Shown here: piece by piece, positions 26,427-36,672 of the stretch
Layout: each line of letters opens with the position of its first letter
Numbering within the stretch: position 1 is the stretch's first letter
Assembly (NCBI GenBank): GCA_015134355.1
Contig: CP043978.1
Span: forward strand, 198,902-262,901
DNA from: Candidatus Stammera capleta
Lineage (GTDB): Bacteria > Pseudomonadota > Gammaproteobacteria > Enterobacterales > Enterobacteriaceae
Direction: 5' to 3'
Length of the DNA: 64,000 nucleotides
The notes under the pieces: generated by a model
The model's database searches: none
Seen by the model: only the letters and a program-made list of their open reading frames with translations
What the model was told of the DNA's origin: nothing
Made by a program: the position numbers and the translations under genes

Positions 26427-26852
26427 TTAAATTTTATTTTTATTAATTTTATTTTTTATATATAAATCTACTTTTTGTATTATAATTTGTTTAGTAATAT
26501 TTATATATTTAAATAAATTTATTTTTTTAAAAAAATCTATAAGTTTTATATTTATAATATATTTTTTTTTTTTATTATTAAATATAGATAGTATTATAAA
26601 TAATATTCCTTTTACTATTAATGTATTACTATCTGCGTTAATATTAATTTTTTTTTTATTATTTTTAATTTTTAATCATATACTATTATAACATCCGTAT
26701 AATATATATTTTTTTTTTCTAATTTTTTTTTTATTTAATGGTAAATTTTTACTTAAATATATTAAATAATCTATTTTTTCTTCCCAATTTGTACATAGAT
26801 TAATTTCTTTTACTATTTTTTTAATATTAAATAATTTACTTATTTTTTTCAT
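26427..26852 (-). CDS. sufE: Cysteine desulfuration protein SufE
   Basis: CTNWEEKIDYLIYL, YGCYNSIW(TGA) and DSNTLIVKGI match E. coli SufE (CANWEEKYLYIIEL, QGCQSQVW, DSDAAIVKGL). Length 141 aa, 8 nt downstream of sufS. Confidence 0.8.
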
Positions 26853-26859
26853 ATTTAAT

Positions 26860-28092
26860 TTATTTAATTATTTTAATAATTTTTTTTAAGTAAAATATAA
26901 ATGTATTTATATCTTTTTTAGAATTATATAAAGCAATTGATATTCTACATACACCTGGTATTTTATAAAATTTTATTAAAGGTATTGCACATTGGTTACC
27001 TGTTCTTATACATATACCATATTGATTTAATAAAAATCCTATATCATAACAATTACAATTTTTTATATTAAAAGATATTATTCCAATTCTTGGGTCTGAT
27101 CCATATATTATAATTTCAGATAATGATTTTAGTTTATTAATTAAATATTTAGTTAATTTTTTTTCATATTTAATAATATTATTTATTTTTATATAATTAA
27201 TATATTTAATAGCATATTTAATACTAATTATTGATTCTACATTATATGTACCTGGTTCAAATTTTCATGGTGAATTTATAAAATTTATATTTTTAATTTT
27301 ATTATTTTTTATATTTATATTTGATATTATTCCTCCTCCAAATTGTCATGGATTTAATTGTTCTAATATTTTTTTTTTTCCATATAATATTCCTATTCCA
27401 TTAAAAGCATACATTTTATGTCCTGAAAATATATAAAAATCACAATTTATATCTTTTACATTTATTTTAATATGTGATATAGATTGAGATCCATCAATAA
27501 TAGTTATTATTTTATTTTTTTTAGCTATTTTAATAATTTTTTTAATAGGATTAATTATACCTAATATATTTGAAATATGTGTAATAGATAATATTTTAGT
27601 ATTATTGTCTATTAATTTTTTAAAATTTTTTATATTTAATTTACCATTTTTTTTAATTTTTATTATTCTTAATTCTAAATCAAGTTTTTTAGATATATAA
27701 TATCATGGTGCTATATTAGAATGATGTTCCATCAAAGATATTAAAATATTATCTTTTGGTTTAGTAAATTTTTTTGTAATTGTATTTGATAATAAATTTA
27801 TTCCTTCTGTAGTATTTTTAATAAAAATAATTTCTTCAGGTGAATTAGAATTTATAAATTTACTAATTTTTATTCTTATTTCTTCTATAGTATTTGTATT
27901 TATATTACTTAAGGTATATATTCCTCTATTAATTGATGAATATTGTTTTCTTATAAATTTATTTACTGATTTAATAACTATTTTAGGTTTTTGTACGGTT
28001 GTAGCATTATCTAAATATATTATTTTTTTTTTATTAATTCTTTGTTTTAATATAGGAAAATCTTTTTTTATTTTTTTAATATTTAAGTTCAT
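26860..28092 (-). CDS. sufS: Cysteine desulfurase SufS
   Basis: KKDFPILKQRINKKKIIYLDNATTVQKP, MEHHSNIAPW, FSGHKMY and IRTGNQCAIPL match E. coli SufS. Length 410 aa. Confidence 0.9.
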
Positions 28093-29117
28093 TTGATTAT
28101 TTTATTTATAATAATGTTTTTTATTAATTTTTTAAAATTTATTTGTTTAACATATTTTAATATATTTTTAATAAATGAAATAGATATTATTTTTTTTATA
28201 TTATTTAAATTAATTCCTCTATTTAGTAAATAAAATATAGTATTTTTATTAATATTAGTTATAGTATTTTTATGTTTATATTTATTATATTTATTAAATA
28301 TTTGTATTTTAGGTTTATTTATTATCTTAAATTTTTTATTTAAAAATAAGTTTTTATTAATTATATATGAAATTGAATTTTTAGCTTTTTTTTTTATTTT
28401 TGTTAATGAATTAATTAATATTTTACTTTTTGTATTTATTAAACAATTATGTTTATAAAAACTTTTTGATTTTTTAAATTTATGTATAATTTTATTATTA
28501 AAAATAAATTTATTTTTATTATTTGGTATTGAAATAATATTAATATTTAAATTTGATTTTTTATATAAATAAAAATTAGATATTATATTTATATTTTTTA
28601 TATTTAAATAAAAATTGATTATATTTAATGAAGATTTTTTATTTAAGTTTATAAAATTATAAATTTTATATATAGAAAAATTTTTATTCATTAATAAATT
28701 TATATAATTTATATATGATAATTTTTTTATATTTATATAATATTTATATTTAAAATTATTATTTTTTTTAATTAATATATGTTGTTCAATAAAACTAATT
28801 TTAGTTTTTTTTTTTATATTTAAATAAATTGTATTTTTTATTTTTTTATTTAAATTATTTATTAATATTATATATATTGGTTTTTTAATTTTTTGATTTT
28901 TAAATATATCAAATTTAAATAATATTATATTATTTTTTTTAATTGTTTTAATATTTAATATTTTTATTAAATTCTTATATGTATAATATATTACTTCATT
29001 TATAATAAATATTTTAATTGATTTTAATTTGTATATATTTTTATTAATATATTTTTTAACTTTTATATTAAATTTATTTATATTTAATATATTTTTAATT
29101 TTATTTATATATATCAT
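28083..29117 (-). CDS. sufD: Fe-S cluster assembly protein SufD (highly diverged)
   Basis: The call rests mainly on position between sufC and sufS; sequence similarity is weak. The ORF-track end at 28089 is a TGA. With TGA=W the frame runs two more codons to TAA at 28083-28085, overlapping the sufS start. Confidence 0.6.
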
Positions 29118-29135
29118 GTTATTAAATAATATTTA

Positions 29136-29825
29136 TTATAATTTTTTTATTTTATTTTTATTTATTAAATATATATAATTAGGTTTAATATTTTTAATAA
29201 AATTGTCATTATGTGTAATGATAATAAATGATTTTTTTTTATTTTTTAGATTTTTAATAATATTAATAGTTTTTTTTAGTGTTTTTTTATCTAAACTTGA
29301 ATCTATTTCATCTAAAATTATTAATTTAGGTTTAAATAATAAAATTTGTAATATTTCATTTTTTTTTTTTTCACCTCCTGAAAATCCTTTATTAAAAGAT
29401 CTTTTTAATAAACTTTTTGGAAAATTTATTTTTTTAATTTTTTTATATAAAATTTTTTTAAATTCTATTATATTTAATAATTTTTTATTATTATATTTTC
29501 TAATATAATTAAAAGTTTTATATAAAAAATATTGTGTATTTAAACCTGGTATTTCTATATTTTCTTGAAAAGCGATAAATATTCCTATTCTAGCTCTTTC
29601 ATCTATAGATAAATTTTTAATATTTATATTATTGAATATAATTTTACCTTTTGAAATATTATATTTTTTATTACCAGCAATTGTTAGTGCTATAGTACTT
29701 TTACCAGATCCATTATTACCTTTTAAAATATGTATTTCTCCTTTATTAATTTTTAAATTAATATTATCTAATATTATTTTATTTTTAATTTTTATTCTTA
29801 AATTTTTTATTTTTAATAAATTCAT
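29136..29825 (-). CDS. sufC: Fe-S cluster assembly ATPase SufC
   Basis: LKIKNLRIKI, Walker A GNNGSGKST, the signature FSGGEKKKNEILQ and Walker B LIILDEIDSSLD are present. Confidence 0.9.
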   Translation of the reverse strand: MNLLKIKNLRIKIKNKIILDNINLKINKGEIHILKGNNGSGKSTIALTIAGNKKYNISKGKIIFNNINIKNLSIDERARIGIFIAFQENIEIPGLNTQYFLYKTFNYIRKYNNKKLLNIIEFKKILYKKIKKINFPKSLLKRSFNKGFSGGEKKKNEILQILLFKPKLIILDEIDSSLDKKTLKKTINIIKNLKNKKKSFIIITHNDNFIKNIKPNYIYLINKNKIKKL

Positions 29826-29844
29826 ATATTATTTAATATCTTAA

Positions 29845-31206
29845 TTATAAATTAACAAATAACATTTCTTTAGTTTCTAGGTAAAGTTCTAATGGTAACA
29901 TACTTAATATATTTTTACAAAATCCATTTATAATCATAGATATAGCATTATTTTTTTTTATTCCTCTTTGTAATAAAAAATTAAGTTGTGATTTTTTAAT
30001 ATAATTTGAATTTGATTCATGTTCAATTATTGAATTACTATTTGTTATTTTCATAGTAGGAAATGTATGAAATTTACATTTATTTGATAATAGTAATGAA
30101 TCACATTTAGTAAAGTTTTTTGAATTATTAGAATTTTTTTTAATTATTATTAAATTTCTATTAGTATTGTTACTAAAATTTAATAATATATTTTTAGAAA
30201 TTATTAATGATTTAGTATTATTACCTATATGTATTACTTTATTACCTGTATCAGATTGTTGTTTATTTTTAGTAATTGATATAGAATAATAATTACTCAT
30301 AGTTTTATTTCCTAGTAATATAGAACTTGGGTATTTTCAATTTATAGATGATCCTTTTTCTAGTTGTATTCAATTTATTTTACTTTTATATCCTAAACAT
30401 AATGCCCTTTTAGTTACAAAGTTTAATACACCTTTATTATTTTTTTTATTTACATATCAATTTTGAATTGTACAATATTTAATATATGATTTTTTTTTTA
30501 ATATTATTTCTACGACTGCAGAATGTAATTGTTGTTTTTTTTTAATTATAGCTGTACATCCTTCTATATAATTTAAATATGTATTGTTCTCTAATATTAT
30601 TAATGTTCTTTCAAACTGTCCTAAATTTGATTTATTTATTCTAAAGTAAGATGATAAATCTATTGGACATTTAATATTTTTAGGTATATATATAAAAGTT
30701 CCATCTGAAAAAACACATGTATTTAATATAGAAAAGTAATTATCATTAATAGGTACTACTTTGAACATATATTTTTTAATTAATGAAGGATATTTTTTAA
30801 CTGCTTTATTAAAAGAGCAAAATATTATACCTATTTTTAATAATTTTTTTTCATAAGAAGTATTAATTGATGTGCTATTTAATATAGTATCTATTCCTAT
30901 ATTTTTTTTAAATATATTTAAATCTTTTAATATATTTTTTTTTTGTTTTTTATTTATTTTAGCATATGAATAATATTTATATTTTTGATAATTAATTTTT
31001 TTATATTTTCCATTGAATCATTTAGGTTCTTTTTTTTTATTTAAAATTTTATATGCTTTTAATCTTATTTTAAGCATTCAATTAGGTTCATTTCTTTTTT
31101 TGGAAATTTTTATTATAGTTTTTTTATTAATTCCTTTTTTAAATTCTTTATATATAATATTTTTTTTATACAAATTATATTTTATATTATTATTTTTATT
31201 AAACAT
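29845..31206 (-). CDS. sufB: Fe-S cluster assembly scaffold SufB
   Basis: ISKKRNEPNWMLKIRLKAY, DGTFIYIPKNIKCPIDLSSYFRIN, GQFERTLII, LHSAVVEIIL, CTIQNW and ISMIINGFCKNILSMLPLE are colinear with E. coli SufB. Length 453 aa. It starts 6 nt after the ldhA stop. Confidence 0.9.
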
Positions 31207-31212
31207 TATATT

Positions 31213-32211
31213 TTAATTTTTTATTAAATCTTTACAAAATTGATTTAAAGAAATTTTTTTTATATTATTTAATGTAATTTTAGATATATTAATTAATGAT
31301 TCTTTAGTTAAAAATGCTTGATGACCTGTTATTAGTACGTTATTAAATGATATTAATGAATTAAATATATTATCTTTAATATTTTTATTTATATTATTTT
31401 TAAAAAAAATATTTTTTTCATTTTCATATACATCCATAGCTATACCTTTTATTTTTTTATTTTTAATTGCTTTTATTATGTCTTTAGAATTTATTAATTC
31501 TCCTCTACTAGTATTTATTATTAAAACATTTCTTTTCATTTTTTTAATATTATTATAATTAATCATATGATGATTATTTTTAGTATATGGACAATGTAAA
31601 GTTATTATGTCAGAATATTTATATATTTTATTTAGAGATGTATATTTAGCACCATATTTTTTAATTTCATTATATTTAATAATATCAAAAGCCAAAATTT
31701 TCATTTTAAATCCTTTTAAAATTTTAATTAATTCTTGTCCTATTTTACCTGTTCCTATAATACCTATAGTTTTTTTATACATATTAAATCCTATTAAATT
31801 ATTTAAGTCAAAATTTTTGTTTTTAGAATTTATATATGCTATATGTATTTTTCTATTTAAATTTAAAATTAAACTTAATGTATATTCAGCTATAGATCTT
31901 GGTGAATATGATTTTACATTTATAACTTTAATTTTATTTTTATTAGTTAATTTTATATCTACATTATTATATCCTGTACATCTTAATGCTATAACTTTTA
32001 TATTATATTTTTTTAGTTTATTAATTATTGATTTTTTATTTACATCATCATTTACAAATATACATATAAAGTTATATCCTTTAGATAATTTAACTGTTTT
32101 TTCATTTAATTTTTTTTTAGTATATTTTATATAAAAATTAAATTTTTTATTAATTTTATTAAAATATTTAATTTCATATTTTTGAGCACTATAAAATAAA
32201 ATTTTATTCAT
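31213..32211 (-). CDS. ldhA: Fermentative D-lactate dehydrogenase (NAD-dependent)
   Basis: MNKILFYSAQKYEIKYF...ICIFVNDD...IALRCTGYNNVD...GIIGTGKIG...NTSRGELI...MDVYENE...ITGHQAFLT is colinear with E. coli LdhA. Length 332 aa with no internal TGA. Confidence 0.9.
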   Translation of the reverse strand: MNKILFYSAQKYEIKYFNKINKKFNFYIKYTKKKLNEKTVKLSKGYNFICIFVNDDVNKKSIINKLKKYNIKVIALRCTGYNNVDIKLTNKNKIKVINVKSYSPRSIAEYTLSLILNLNRKIHIAYINSKNKNFDLNNLIGFNMYKKTIGIIGTGKIGQELIKILKGFKMKILAFDIIKYNEIKKYGAKYTSLNKIYKYSDIITLHCPYTKNNHHMINYNNIKKMKRNVLIINTSRGELINSKDIIKAIKNKKIKGIAMDVYENEKNIFFKNNINKNIKDNIFNSLISFNNVLITGHQAFLTKESLINISKITLNNIKKISLNQFCKDLIKN

Positions 32212-32471
32212 TATTTATACCATTTATTTAAATTTAAAATTTAATATTTAATTATATTAGTTTTTTTAATAAATTATAATATATAAATTATATATATATT
32301 ATATATTATTTATAATTTTATTATTAAATTAATTTAATTTTTATAATATATTATTTATTATAAATATTTTTAATTAAATATTATAAATTCTTAAAATATT
32401 TATTATAAATTATTTAGTTTAGTATAATTTTATTAATATCATTTAATAATTTAATGTTTATTATATTTAAA

Positions 32472-32900
32472 ATGTTTATTTTATGTTTTGATTTTGGAAT
32501 GAAAAATATAGGTGTAGCTATAGGTCAATATTTTACTAAAACTGCTAATCCTTTAATTAGTTTAAAGGCTAATAAAGGTATACCTATTAATTGAGGTTTA
32601 ATTAAAAAAATAATTAATACTTGATTAATTAAAAAAGTTGTAATTGGATATCCTGAATTTAATTATTATAAAAATATTAATAATAAATTATTAATTAATA
32701 ATATTTATAAATTTGGTTTTATTTTGAAAAAAAAATTTAAATTAAAAATTTATTTTTCTGATGAAAATTATACTTCTTATGAAGCTCGTAATTTTATTAA
32801 AAATAATAGTAATTTTTATAATTTATTTTATTCAGAACATAGTATACATGAAATTTCTGCTGTTTATATTTTAGAAACATGATTAAGGATGAATTATTAA
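32472..32900 (+). CDS. ruvX: YqgF/RuvX putative pre-16S rRNA nuclease (Holliday junction resolvase-like)
   Basis: [28 protein letters not shown]...IPINW...VVIGYP...[11 protein letters not shown]...[12 protein letters not shown] matches E. coli YqgF ([26 protein letters not shown]...VDSASAVIILESYF). An alternative in-frame ATG lies at 32454. Confidence 0.8.
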
Positions 32901-32914
32901 ATATAATTAATTTT

Positions 32915-33862
32915 TTAAAGTTTTTCTAATCTTAAATAAAAAATTAAATTTAATAGATCTTTTGGTATTTTAGAATCTATTTTAATTTTTTTTTTATTTA
33001 TTGGATGTTTAAATTTTATAGTTGATGCATGTAAAGCTTGTCTATTTAATTTATTTATTAATATATTAATTTTTTTTGACATTTTATATTTATTAGTATT
33101 TTTATTTGTATATATTTTTTCTCCTATAATTGGATGATTTATATAATTCATATGTACTCTTATTTGGTGTGTTCTTCCTGTAATTAATTTAATATTTAAT
33201 AATGTGCAATTATTAAAATTTTCTATTATATTATAATGTGTAATAGATTTTTTACCATTTTTATTTACACACATTTTAATTCTATTATATTTATTTCTAC
33301 ATATAGGTTTATTTATAATACCATTTTTATTAATTATTCCATATACTATTGCTTTATATATTTTTGTTATTTTTTTTTCCTTTATTTTTTTTTTAAGTTT
33401 TATATAACTATTTATATTTTTAGATATTATTAAAATACCAGTAGTATCTTTATCTAATCTATGTATTATTCCATATCTAGGTATATTAGAATTTGAATTA
33501 TAATAATAAATTAATGAATTCATAATAGTATTATTTGTATTACCATGTCCAGGATGTATAACAGTATTTTTATTTTTATTAATTATTAAAATATCTTTAT
33601 CTTCATATATTTTGTTTAATATTAATTTTTTATATGGTAGATATTTTTTTATATTATTTTTAATAAATATATTAATTAAATCATTTTTTTTTATTATTTT
33701 ACTTGGTTTTATAATTATTTTATTATTAATAGAAACATTTTTATTTTTTATTAAATTTATTATTTTATTTCTAGAATATTTATTATTGAGTAAATATTTT
33801 ATACTAATATCTAATCTTTTATTATTTAAAGTATTTTTAATTTTAATATTAATATATTTCAT
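32915..33862 (-). CDS. rluD: 23S rRNA pseudouridine synthase RluD
   Basis: IYEDKDILIINKNKNTVIHPG, GIIHRLDKDTTGILIISK, TGRTHQIRVHM and RQALHAS are colinear with E. coli RluD. Confidence 0.85.
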   Translation of the reverse strand: MKYINIKIKNTLNNKRLDISIKYLLNNKYSRNKIINLIKNKNVSINNKIIIKPSKIIKKNDLINIFIKNNIKKYLPYKKLILNKIYEDKDILIINKNKNTVIHPGHGNTNNTIMNSLIYYYNSNSNIPRYGIIHRLDKDTTGILIISKNINSYIKLKKKIKEKKITKIYKAIVYGIINKNGIINKPICRNKYNRIKMCVNKNGKKSITHYNIIENFNNCTLLNIKLITGRTHQIRVHMNYINHPIIGEKIYTNKNTNKYKMSKKINILINKLNRQALHASTIKFKHPINKKKIKIDSKIPKDLLNLIFYLRLEKL

Positions 33863-33894
33863 TAATTTTTTTTTATTTAAATATTAGAAGTTAT

Positions 33895-35292
33895 TTATTT
33901 TCCTATACAAAAATTTTTAAATATATTATTAATTATTTTATTTGATATAGATTTTTTAATACCTAATATACAATTTAATAATTTTTGTGAAATTAATAAT
34001 TTTTGTGATATTAGATCTAAATTAATATATTTAATATTTTTTTTTTTAATATTTTTAATATGTTTTAAAATATTTTTAATATTTTTAATGTTTTTATTAA
34101 GTAAATATTTATGTCTTTCATTATAATAAAATTTATTTTCATTATTATTTATATATTTTATTTTATTTTTAATTTTTTTAATTAATATATTTATACCTAA
34201 ATTTTTTTTTATTGATATATTTATTATATTAATATTATTTATTTTAATTTTTTTATATTTTTCATTTGTTAAATCTATTTTATTTCTTAATATTATTAAG
34301 ATTTGATTTTTATTTATATATTTTTTAATTTTATTATATTTATTAAATGTTTTTTTAATAGGTACTAATTTAGCATCTAATATAAATAATATTATTTTTG
34401 AATGTTTTATTTCTTTTATTGTTTTATTAATTCCTATTTTTTCTATTATATTAGTAGTTTTTCTTATTCCTGTTGTATCTGAAATTTCAATATTTATATT
34501 TTTAAAATTTATATAATCTTTTATAATATCTCTTGTAGTACCAGGTATATTTGTTATTATTGAATTATTTTTATTTGTTAATTTGTTCATTAAACTTGAT
34601 TTGCCTACATTTGGTTTACCTATTATTGTTATTTTAATTCCATCTTTGTTAATATTATTAAGTTTGTTTTTTTTATATATTTTATTTATATTTTTATATA
34701 TTTTTTTTATATATTTTTTTATATATTTAAATTGTTTATAAGAAAAAATATTTTCAGAAAAATTAATTTCTTTAATAATTATTGTATTTATATAATTTAT
34801 TAATTTTAAATTATTTTTTATTTTTTTTGAAAATTTACCTTTTAATGATAATAATGATGAATTTATTTGATTAAATGAATTTGAATTTATAATATTATTA
34901 ATTGATTCTGCTTGTATTAAATCTAATTTATTATTTAAAAAAGCTCTTTTAGTAAATTCACCAGGTTTAGCTAATCTTATATTTTTAATTTTAAAATTTA
35001 AAATTTCTTTAATTATAATTTCAATTATTTTTTGTCCTCCATGACATTGTAATTCTAATACGTCTTCACCTGTAAAAGAATTAGGTGATTTATAGTATAT
35101 AGCTATTCCATAGTCCATTATTTTTTTTTTTTTATTTTTAAATTTACAAAATTTTGCATATCTAATTTTAGGTATTTTTCCTATTATTTTTTTAATAATT
35201 TTATGAGATTGATTACCTGATATTCTAATTATCCCTATTCCTCCATTACCTATAGGAGTCGATTGTGATATTATAGTTTTTAAGAATTTCAT
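33895..35292 (-). CDS. mnmE: tRNA modification GTPase MnmE (TrmE)
   Basis: IISQSTPIGNGGIGIIRISG, SFTGEDVLELQCHGG, GKPNVGKSSLMN and the C-terminal FCIGK are present. It lies downstream of yidC, as in E. coli. Confidence 0.9.
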   Translation of the reverse strand: MKFLKTIISQSTPIGNGGIGIIRISGNQSHKIIKKIIGKIPKIRYAKFCKFKNKKKKIMDYGIAIYYKSPNSFTGEDVLELQCHGGQKIIEIIIKEILNFKIKNIRLAKPGEFTKRAFLNNKLDLIQAESINNIINSNSFNQINSSLLSLKGKFSKKIKNNLKLINYINTIIIKEINFSENIFSYKQFKYIKKYIKKIYKNINKIYKKNKLNNINKDGIKITIIGKPNVGKSSLMNKLTNKNNSIITNIPGTTRDIIKDYINFKNINIEISDTTGIRKTTNIIEKIGINKTIKEIKHSKIILFILDAKLVPIKKTFNKYNKIKKYINKNQILIILRNKIDLTNEKYKKIKINNINIINISIKKNLGINILIKKIKNKIKYINNNENKFYYNERHKYLLNKNIKNIKNILKHIKNIKKKNIKYINLDLISQKLLISQKLLNCILGIKKSISNKIINNIFKNFCIGK

Positions 35293-35319
35293 AATTTAAT
35301 TATATTTTATTAAAATTTT

Positions 35320-36117
35320 TTATTTTTGTATTATATTTAAAATATTATTAGTAATGTTATAAATTAATATATTACAAGGTATTTTTATAAATATATATAT
35401 AAAAATTATAGATATAATTATATTTATAATATAATTATTATTAAAATTATTATTTTTTTTTAAATTTTTTTTAAAATTATAATATATAGAGATTCATAAA
35501 AATATTGGTAATATATAATATTTATCAGTATTTGATATATTATTTATTCATCATAATATTGATTTTTTACTGTATTTAATATTATTTAATGTTTTATATA
35601 TTAATATAAATATAAATATTTGTATTATATTATATAAAAAATTATATATTAAATATATTGAATATAATTTTTTTATATTTTTAATATTATTTATATTTTT
35701 TTTAATTTTTTTTTTTTTATTAATATATTTAATATAGTATATATTTTTAAATTTATTAATTATATATAAAAATAATTTAGTTAATATTGAAATTACTATA
35801 ATTGTGATTATTCAATCTTTATAAATATTATTAATTATATGTAAAAATATAATAAATATATTTATAATAAATAATTTATTATTTTTTAAATATATATTAT
35901 TAGAATTTGTTAATTTATTTAATTTATTTTTTATAAATAATTTTATATTATTTTTTTTATTATATATTTTTTCATTATATTTATATTTATTTATTAAATT
36001 ATAATTATTTTTAATGTTTTTTTTATTAATTAATATAAATATATTTTCACTAAATTTTAATATAAATATTAATAAAAATGTTATTAATAATGTGTAAAGA
36101 AATTTTTTATAATACAT
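35320..36117 (-). CDS. yidC: Membrane protein insertase YidC, lacking the large periplasmic P1 domain
   Basis: The frame was checked codon by codon with TGA=W. LWWINNISNTDKYYILPIFLW resembles E. coli [21 protein letters not shown], and the C-terminal IPCNILIYNITNNILNIIQK resembles [20 protein letters not shown]. Length 265 aa versus 548. Confidence 0.8.
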
Positions 36118-36135
36118 TTTAATTTTTTAAAAAAT

Positions 36136-36507
36136 TTATATTTTTCATATTTTATTTATATATTTATTAAGTAATTTTTTACTAATTTTAGTAATACTAT
36201 TATTAATATTAAATATAAAATCCATTTTTTTTATTTTAAATTGGTTAATTCTAAAATTTTCATATATTTTTCTTTTAATTTTATTTCTTAATGTTGATAA
36301 TTTTATTTGTTTTTTTTTAATTATTATTTTAATTCTAGGATAATTTAATTTATTTAATTGATAATATAAAATAAAATATTTAAATATTTTTATATTTTTT
36401 AATTTAATTTTTTTATAAATTTTCATTTTTTTTTTAAATGAAAATTTTCTATGATGACAATTTTTTTCTTTTTTTTCATCTTCTATGTGATAATATTTTT
36501 CTTCCAT
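36136..36507 (-). CDS. rnpA: Ribonuclease P protein component
   Basis: ...[32 protein letters not shown]...MDFIFNI... resembles E. coli [32 protein letters not shown]...MDFVVVA. The ORF-track end (36145) is a TGA on the conserved W of ...KLW; the true stop is TAA at 36136-36138. The start is uncertain: the ATG at 36507 overlaps rpmH by 59 nt, and an alternative ATG lies at 36426. Confidence 0.7.
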
Positions 36508-36583
36508 TTTTTTTAGAATTTCTTTTTAAAAAACCATATTTTCTTTTTCTTTTAATTTTAGATGGTTGATATGTTCTTTTCAT
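36449..36583 (-). CDS. rpmH: 50S ribosomal protein L34
   Basis: [36 protein letters not shown](TGA)KKRKKLSS resembles E. coli [46 protein letters not shown]. Stop TAG at 36449-36451. Confidence 0.9.
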
Positions 36584-36663
36584 ATTATTTTAAATATAAT
36601 TTAAGTATTTATAATTTAAATAGTTATTAATATATAATATTATAAATTATTTATTTAAAATAT

Positions 36664-36667
36664 GAGG
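36664..36667 (+). promoter_or_regulatory. Shine-Dalgarno-like GAGG for dnaA
   Basis: GAGG lies 5 nt upstream of the proposed TTG start at 36673. Confidence 0.4.
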
Positions 36668-36672
36668 TAATT

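Noticed and set aside
36584-36672. I looked for DnaA boxes (TTATCCACA and its complement) in the rpmH-dnaA spacer and in the 54350-54840 spacer.
   Set aside because: I saw no match better than a few A/T positions (e.g. TGTGATTTT near 54489). In DNA this AT-rich, partial matches are meaningless.
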